From the human T2T-CHM13v2.0 reference genome, Homo sapiens, in the NCBI RefSeq assembly GCF_009914755.1, contig NC_060929.1: DNA of 64,000 nucleotides. The stretch is one strand, 5' to 3'. Shown in pieces: positions 49,646 through 64,000 of this stretch. The position numbers were made by a program, and so were the translations under genes. The notes under the pieces were generated by a model. It was given only the letters and a program-made list of their open reading frames with translations, did no database searches and was not told the origin of the DNA. Within the stretch, counting starts at the first letter, position 1. Each line of letters opens with the position of its first letter.

Positions 49646-50004
49646 GGTATTAGTTCATTCTCACACTGCTATGAAGAAATACACAAGACTGGATAATTTG
49701 TAAAGGAAAGAGGTTTAATTGACTCACAGTTTCACACTTCTGGGGAGGCCTCAGGACACTTACAATCACGGCAGAAGGCAAAGGAGAAACACCTTCTTCA
49801 TAGGGTGGCAAGACAGAGTGCGACATGCAAGCAGGGGAAATGTCAAATGCTTATAAAAAACCATCAGATCTTCTGAGACTCACTCTCAGGAGAACAGCAT
49901 GGGGAAACTGCCCCCATGATCCAGTTACCTCCACCTGGTCCTGGGAATGTGGGGATTACAATTCAAGATGAGATTTTGGGTGGGGTCACAGCCGAAGCAT
50001 ATCA
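49646..50004 (-). mobile_element. THE1/MST-type MaLR solo LTR
   Basis: gtattag...gaaagaggtttaattgactcacag...attcaagatgagattt...catatca termini; 5-bp TSD atgaa at 49641-49645 and 50005-50009. Confidence 0.88.
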
Positions 50005-51894
50005 ATGAAGAAATGAATTAATGTTAAGTTAGTGTTATTAGATCTCCATAGTTGCACTAGAATAGACTTTAATTCTGGTTGCCTGCACTGGTAGCTGTAC
50101 TTCAGTGATTTCTGCGAGAAAATAGCGCTCATTTTCAAGCTTCTTTTTGGCAGTCCTTACTGTCTTCCCCCAGCACCCAGCAACTTTGTAGCAGATCTTT
50201 GTTATTGGGTAGAGGTTTAATTATGGCTTATAGTTGTATGTGACCTTAGCCTAGAAGGGTTGTTTCTGATTTGTAAGTCATTTGAAATTTCTGTAAGGAT
50301 GTTCATCAGATAGAATTGCTCATATTATTTTAGATATATTTACCATCATTGTTGTTATTGGGTGTAGACCACAGAGCCTGGGAAATAATCCTTTGGTTGG
50401 TTTTCAAAATTAAGCCAAAACAAAAAATGGTATATTTTCCTCTCTTCCATTGGGACTGTAGCTCTTGTTATGAATTCTGGTAATAAATTACTTCATCGAA
50501 GTCAAATAGTTTATGATGTTCCTTGGCAGGAAAATCTTGAAAATATTTTACTGTTATAGCAAATTTCACACTAAGCTATATTTCAAAAAGTCATTAGTAA
50601 AAGTTCTGGAAAAAGAACAGTCACCATCAAGTGATATGCTACCAAAAGATGGATTGCTACTATTTTAGATGATTTAGCTGTGCCAATTATATGGGATTTT
50701 TATGAGTTATGCCATGCATGACTTCCAGTAAAACTTTGATTTTAAATGTAAACATTTATTTAAATGGTTAATTCACTCCTAATATAAATACTAAGTTGTG
50801 TGTCCTTGTAAATTTTTTTAAGTGTTAGAAATTGTCTATATATAGGCACATTCTGCATTGAAATAAATGAAATAATTTTCATCCTATCTTTTTGGTGACA
50901 GTATTTCTATTTGCTGAGTGATGAAAAAGTAGTTATGAAATGAGGTACAAACTATGATAGACTCTTCTGTAAGTAGAACATTTCAAGTATTATCTTGGTT
51001 CTTGCAAGAATATTTAGCACTTACAAATGAGTTTTCATTATGTTCAAATGTGGTCAGCTGCAAAGAGAGTAGTGACTCAGATTATTCAGTGTAGGAATAG
51101 TCCAGAATTTGACCTTTAAATTGTTTTGGAATTTGTGTTTGAATATTGATATCTCTGAAAGAGGTATGTGCAGCACTTTCCACAGTATAGTAAACAAAAC
51201 AGTAATGTCTTTGTCTTGAAAAAAACTGCAATTCCCCAACTGTTTCTTTACAGTCTAAAACAAAACTACCTTTATTTCTGTATTGTTGCAATCTTCAATC
51301 TGCTTTTAGTCTGGGATATAATAATTTTGTCTTAAAAGGTTTTCAGCTTTTGAAAATCTTAGTTATCTCTTGCCTCTCACTTACCAGGCTGGCCTGATGT
51401 GATAGCACCTGCTTTTCTTTATGGACATGATCATTACTCTAAAATTTGAGAGTTAATTAAAAATTACAATCTAGTGTGATGAACAAGGTAGACAGTGGGC
51501 CATTTATTCATTTCTAAAACCTCTCTGTGTGTGTATGTATGTCTGCCATATACCAGCTTTTTGGTGCATAGGGGATCCAGAGATGATAAATAGATATAGT
51601 CTTTGAGAAGCTTATATTTTGCAGTTTGATAAGGGGGTGGTGGTGGGGGAGATAGGTAAAAAATTACAATGTATTATCATAAGTTCTGTGACTGAGATAA
51701 GGAAATGCCATAGAAATGCATAAGAGGGTCATTTAACCCAGTGTTTGAAATGTTGAGAAGTGCTTTGAGCAGCTGGTCACATCTGAATTGAGTTTTGAGG
51801 GATGAATAAAAATTAGCCAGGTAAAGAGGAAAAGAAGCCTGGAAAAACACTCTAAGATGATGTGGCCAATATAGGAGGTAAGCCTTGGAATACA

Positions 51895-52090
51895 TAGTGG
51901 CTATCATTTATTGAGCTCTACCATGTGCCAAACTCTGTTAGGAGTTTGAAACCACTTACTTCACTGTAACCTGTGGGGCAGGTGCTATTATTCATAGTTT
52001 GCAAATGAAACTGAGAGTCATAACTTTGCTGAAGTCATCACATGGTTAATTAATGGCATTGCTAGTTTAAAAAACTCTAGCATTTCTGGC
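51895..52090 (-). mobile_element. MIR fragment
   Basis: catttattgagc...tgtgcca...ggtgctattatt...gaaactgag...aagtcatacatg. Confidence 0.6.
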
Positions 52091-53581
52091 TTTTTCTGTA
52101 GGCTATTTCCTCCCAGCAAAGGACAGTTTCAAGATGGAGGAGATAAATAGTTACCATGCTGTTGAAAGTTCGTGTATGTAGATTAAGTTCTGTAAAGTGT
52201 GCAGAGGGATTTATAGTGACTTGTTTGTTCATTTAGAACTATTTACTGAGAGCCTCTTATGTGCCAAGAACTGTGCTAAGAATTAGGAATAAAATGATAA
52301 ATGCCAAAATTGAGGTAGGGGGTGAAAGAAAGTGGGGACACTGAGGGAAGCCATAGTTTGAAAAAGCGGGATTGCAGAAGAAAAGATAACGATTGAGCAA
52401 TAAATTTTAGGGGAAGTCAGTAGTCTTTTAGTTTTTGTTTTTTTACTATGGTAAGTATTAATACTTTGTTTATATGCTGAAGAGAAAGAGCCATAGCAGG
52501 GGAAAGATTGAAGATAGAAAAAGCTGTTAGGTCACATGTTTAATTAAGTAGATGGTGAGATGATTCTTGAATTTGTAATAGACATATAATATTAGTAGGA
52601 TTAGCCTGCTCTTGAGTAATGAGACTTGAATAAACAATGAAACCTCTGATTTAAATGATCACTGTAACCTCTTATGTCTGATTTATGCATTCCTCTTTAC
52701 TGTCCCTCAGTTGTTCTGCCCATACTCCTGTCTATGATAGCATTCATTATACTGAAGTAGAGCCATTGATATCTCCCTGTTAGACCATATGCTTCTTGTG
52801 TGGGAGGGATGAGAAGAGACCCTGTCTGCTGCCACCTAACAACTGGTACAATCCCACTTCAGTAAATGCTTATTGAACCAATGAATCAGTGAATGATTTG
52901 GAGTTTCTTATTTTTACCATTTTTGAACAATTTTCTTTTTAACTTTGAAGGGTTAAAAGGTATATAGTTACCCTGTGAAGGTTTTGTTGTTTGTTAGAAA
53001 TTAAGTACTTAACACTTTAAGGTATGCCCCAGAATAGATAGAGAACTTAAAAAATTTTCGATGTTGAAAGGACCTTGTTGGTTATTTTTTAGGAAAATCT
53101 GTAATTATTATTTTATACATAGGTTACAATATGCTTAAAAATAATTTTTGATATTAAAGTATGGTAAGCAGATATATCAACCTTTTCGCTCCTCTTGATA
53201 AACTGTGATTTAAAGGAAAAATAAATTTCTAGTTTTTCTTTATGAATTATACTATTAACAGCTACTGATTTATTTTTACATTTGGATTAAATTAAAATTT
53301 CAATTTATGTTGACAATAAGAGATAATTTTATAGAACCTAATGAGTTTCTTAGGTTTATCCTTTTAGAGATTTAAAATCAGTTTATCATCAGAGACCCAT
53401 TGTAGCGTATCTAGAAGTGTAGAAAAAAGATACTCTCACACTTTTTTGCTGTTTTTTTAAGCTTTGTGTTTAAAAACCAATGATGCAATTTTAAAAAATT
53501 GTATTTCCTGTGAAATGTGTTGTGTAGTTCCCCACAAATATGTTATTTTACCATTAATGTCATGGGGTTTTCTTGTTTCAG

Positions 53582-53641
53582 AATCCTGTTCACAAGATTC
53601 CTGACTCGCATGAGATAACGCTGAAGCATGGCACTAAAACA
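53582..53641 (+). CDS. WDR70: WDR70 coding exon, 60 nt, phase 0-0: NPVHKIPDSHEITLKHGTKT
   Basis: ttttcttgtttcag acceptor ending at 53581; donor ACA|GTAAGT at 53642; 20 open codons in frame with both neighbouring exons. Too short to appear in the ORF track. Confidence 0.93.
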
Positions 53642-54384
53642 GTAAGTTTAAAAATCTAGTTTTTTCCTCTCTCAAATTACAGGGCTGTCATGGAAAAGTG
53701 AACTGATAAGATACATTTGTATTAAGGCTAATTATACAATCAACTGATGACATAAAAGCTATAGACATTAAGGAAAAATAGATTACTTTTATGTTCAGTC
53801 AAAATAGCCATTTCCTTTTAGTTAAAATAGGAACAATTATTGTCACTGTTATTGTTGGCTTTAAAAATCTCTTATTTTTTAATATAGGAACATTATAAGT
53901 GGAAGAAAGAAATGAAACTCAAACACAATTTTGCTTTTTATGGTGTGGGAAAATTTCTTACTACCTTTAGCTTTACTTCTGTATCAGTAAAAGGCATGAA
54001 TTTGTTCATTTTTCAGATGAATGTTGAGATAAGAAATGAACTTTAAGTAGTTACTGTATGGCTCTAAGTATTTGTTAATACTTAGTTTACAGATTGCATG
54101 TTTATATTGTTATATTTACTTATGTTTGAGTAATCTAAAATATTTAAAGATGAATAATATAGAATATTTGAGATGTAAGGTGAAATCATTGTATCTTATT
54201 GCAAAGCCACTAAAAAGTAGTAGTTAAATGAGTGAAACATTCATATGAAATGAAAAAAATTATCTTTCCCTTTTCAGTGAAACTACTTTTTTCTAATTGA
54301 CATGTAAAGAAGTAAGAAAATACATCCCATAATAAGAGGGAAATATCAATCAATAGAGGTAGACCCAGAAATGATATAAACAGG

Positions 54385-54942
54385 GTCATTCTTACAGTTT
54401 TTCTTTTGAAAATATTGTTTTCATAAAAATATTTATGTTAAATATAGTGGGTTTATTGTTATTTTAAATGAAATGGAAAAGATGTAAAAATCTCTTAGTT
54501 TTAATTTCTAGTGGAAATAGTGATACATATAACTCACATAAACAAAACCTCTTTGGAGTCCTCATTCGTTTTTTTTTTTTGTTTTGTTTTGTTTTTGAGA
54601 CAGAGTCTCACTCTGTCACCTAGGCTGGAGTGCAGTGGTGTGATCTCGGCTCACTGCAAGCTCCAACTCCCGGGTTCATGCCATTCTCCTGCCTCAGCCT
54701 CCTGAGTAGCTGGGACTACAGGTGCCCGCCACCACACCTGGCTAATTTTTTTGTATTTTTGGTAGAGATGGGCTTTCACCGTGTTAGCCAGGATGGTCTC
54801 GATCTGCTGACCTCATGATCTGCCTGCCTCGGCCTCCCAAAGTGCTGGGATTACAGGTGTGAGCCACCGTTCCCGGCTTGGAGTCCTCAGTAGACTTTAA
54901 GAGTGTAAAGAGTCTTGAAATGAAACTATGTGGGAATTGCTG
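54385..54942. mobile_element. Old hAT/Charlie1-like fragment carrying an AluY-like insertion (about 54568-54877, minus strand)
   Basis: acataaacaaaacctctttggagtcctca ... ttaagagtgtaaagagtcttga; Alu TSD ttggagtcctca present on both sides. Confidence 0.55.
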
Positions 54943-55569
54943 CCCTAAGACATCATTTCCATCTAATTCTTAATATATTTATTTTTCCTTAAATCAGGTT
55001 TTTTATATTTTTGTTCTGAAATTATGATGGAATTCTACTTTTTGTGTTTTTAAGTAAATAAGGAAAAATTGTAGACTGAGTATTTAAAAGGAAGCTTTTC
55101 TGTCAACTAGTCTGGAGAATTTTACAACTGAGAGATGGGTCATGAGTTTCACAAGTTTGATTTAAATATTCCTTTTTTCGTAAATCAAGTTTTATCTTAT
55201 AGAGAAACATAACTTAAAAAATACTCCAGTATGTTTTACACATTGAAAATCAATTAGAGTGTCTAATTATACTCTTGGCTTAACTCTTTTTTTTTTTTTT
55301 TTGCAATCCTGCCTTTGTTCTACATGCAAATAAATTTATTTTTAAATAAATGTTGGATTAGAAGGTGACTTTTCTCTCTGATCTTTTTTTCTTTTAAATG
55401 AGTTATTTTAAAAAGGTCCATAAGGCCAATCTTATTTCTTTCCTATATACTTTACATTTTAGTCCCCCCGTCCCCACCTTACAGGATTATTTAAAAGCAA
55501 ATACCTGACTTCATATGATTTCATCTGTGAATATTTCAGTATGAACCTCTAAGAGATAATATTGGGCTG

Positions 55570-55623
55570 TTTCTGAATGTGCACACGTACACTCTTTCTG
55601 AATGTGCACACATACACTCTTTC
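55570..55623. repeat. 25-bp tandem duplication
   Basis: tttctgaatgtgcacac(g/a)tacactc twice, one mismatch. Confidence 0.9.
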
Positions 55624-55924
55624 CTACATAATACCATCTTTATATATCTATTTTTTCAATAATTATTTAATCTAATATCTCATTAGTGTTCAAATTTCCC
55701 CAGTTTTCTCATACATCTTTTTAGAGTCAGTTTGTTCAAATCAGTCTCTTAATGATGTCTGATGTACTCTTAGGAGAATTATCATCATGTTTATTTTTTA
55801 TATCTCTATAAGATTTTGTGCTTTTTCTCCTTTTAGTGAATATTTAGTGAATATACTTACTATGGCATAATAGTCAATTGAACCCTTCCCACTGAATGTG
55901 ATGATAAAGTCTAAAGCTTTTTGA

Positions 55925-60301
<4,377 letters not shown>

Positions 60302-60377
60302 CATAAGACACTCTCTTTTCTGTTTTTGACCATATCTGATCTTCTGGCATATTGCTTTCTTATGGTATCATTTAACT

Positions 60378-60730
60378 CAACGGTCCCCAATCTTTTTTGC
60401 ACCAGTGCCTGGTTTTGTGGAAGACAATTTTTCCATGGACTAGGGGTAGCGTGGAGGTCGGGGTGGTGGGATGGTTTCTGGATGAAACTGTTCTATCTCA
60501 GATCATCAGGCATTAGATTCTAATATGGATTGTGCAACCTAGAGATCCCTCACATGCGCATTTCACAATAGGGTTTGTACTCCTATGAGAATCGAATGCT
60601 ATTGTTGATCTGACAGGAGCCGGAGCTCAGGTGGTAATGCTTGCTCACCCTCCCAACGCCTGCCGTGCACCTGGTTCCTAACAGGCCATAGACTGATACC
60701 AGTCCATGTCCTGGGCTTTGGGGACTCCTG
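60378..60730 (+). mobile_element. MER1B-like hAT/Charlie DNA transposon
   Basis: Ends caacggtccccaa ... ttggggactcctg; internal ggaagacaatttttcc and tcagatcatcaggcattagattc; 8-bp TSD atttaact/acttaact (7 of 8 identical). Confidence 0.85.
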
Positions 60731-61132
60731 ACTTAACTTGTTTCTTTATCTCCTCTCCAATATTTCCTGTGGAATATCAAAGGCTTTATCATAATTATAT
60801 TGTATCACTTCAGATGGCATGTATTGTCTAGCTGTTTCACTGTTAGTGACTAGAAATTAAGGTAAATCCCTGGATTAAGGTAGTGACATCTGATTCCTTC
60901 ATTGTAAAGTTAATATTTTATACTTGAGATAGGCAAGAACTTCGTAGAGAGATAGTTTGGTACTATGTAACTGTCCAGATACTCATCATTCTTTCACTTA
61001 ATGAGCTCAGTGTCCATTGATGATTTCTTCCTGAATCGGTTATGTCACCGAGAGCTACAAATTGGTGATTTTCCTATTCTGTTATTTCATCTGCATTTAT
61101 TTCCTGGCATCTTCTTAAAGAAAAACTTTTCC

Positions 61133-63608
<2,476 letters not shown>

Positions 63609-64000
63609 AAAGAAAAACTTTTCCTCATTAACTGATGTTATTTGGTTACCCTGAAATATAGTTACTACTGAAGAGGCAGGATAAAAGCTTAGTTATCTTT
63701 CTTTAATTGCCCATTTTTAGCTTAAGGGCTGGTGGTGATAAATGAGTTGTTTCTGTTATTGGTGATCATTTCTTTTTCTTTTTTGAGTATCAGTATTTAC
63801 GATTTTTAAATTTTCATGTTTCAGTCAATTGCAGTCATTATTCTTTTCGATGTTTAAATTGTCCTAGATTTGTCTAGTAGGAGTCCTTGATTGCTGTATA
63901 ATTTTGACATGACCTTATTAGTCTTTAAAACTTACTTGGTTTCTGGCACAACATGATGTAGGCTTCCTGTTACATTCCTTTCCAAGTCCTGGAATCAGTA

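Overview
Hominid (most likely human) genomic DNA lying entirely inside one plus-strand protein-coding gene, which I recognise from its translated exons as WDR70. Four internal coding exons (7808-7928, 12184-12379, 53582-53641, 58895-59028) join in one frame with canonical AG/GT ends. They encode the acidic Ser/Pro/Glu-rich N-terminal region and the first WD40 repeat. The rest is intron, including one of about 41 kb, packed with interspersed repeats: roughly 75 Alu copies or fragments (hand count), a full-length antisense SVA, a 5'-truncated sense L1PA with a twin-priming inversion, older L1M/L2/MIR pieces, LTRs and hAT/Tigger fossils. Nearly all ORFs in the supplied track are repeat-derived noise. 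I see no evidence of a new multi-gene system. The best leads are splicing-level (a mid-intron AG|GTAAG site that is also the end of an in-frame 57-nt cryptic exon, a NAGNAG acceptor, a competing donor), a candidate CTCF site, an Alu-free zone, and several legible transposition or mutation footprints. Repeat subfamily names and most repeat boundaries are by-eye estimates.
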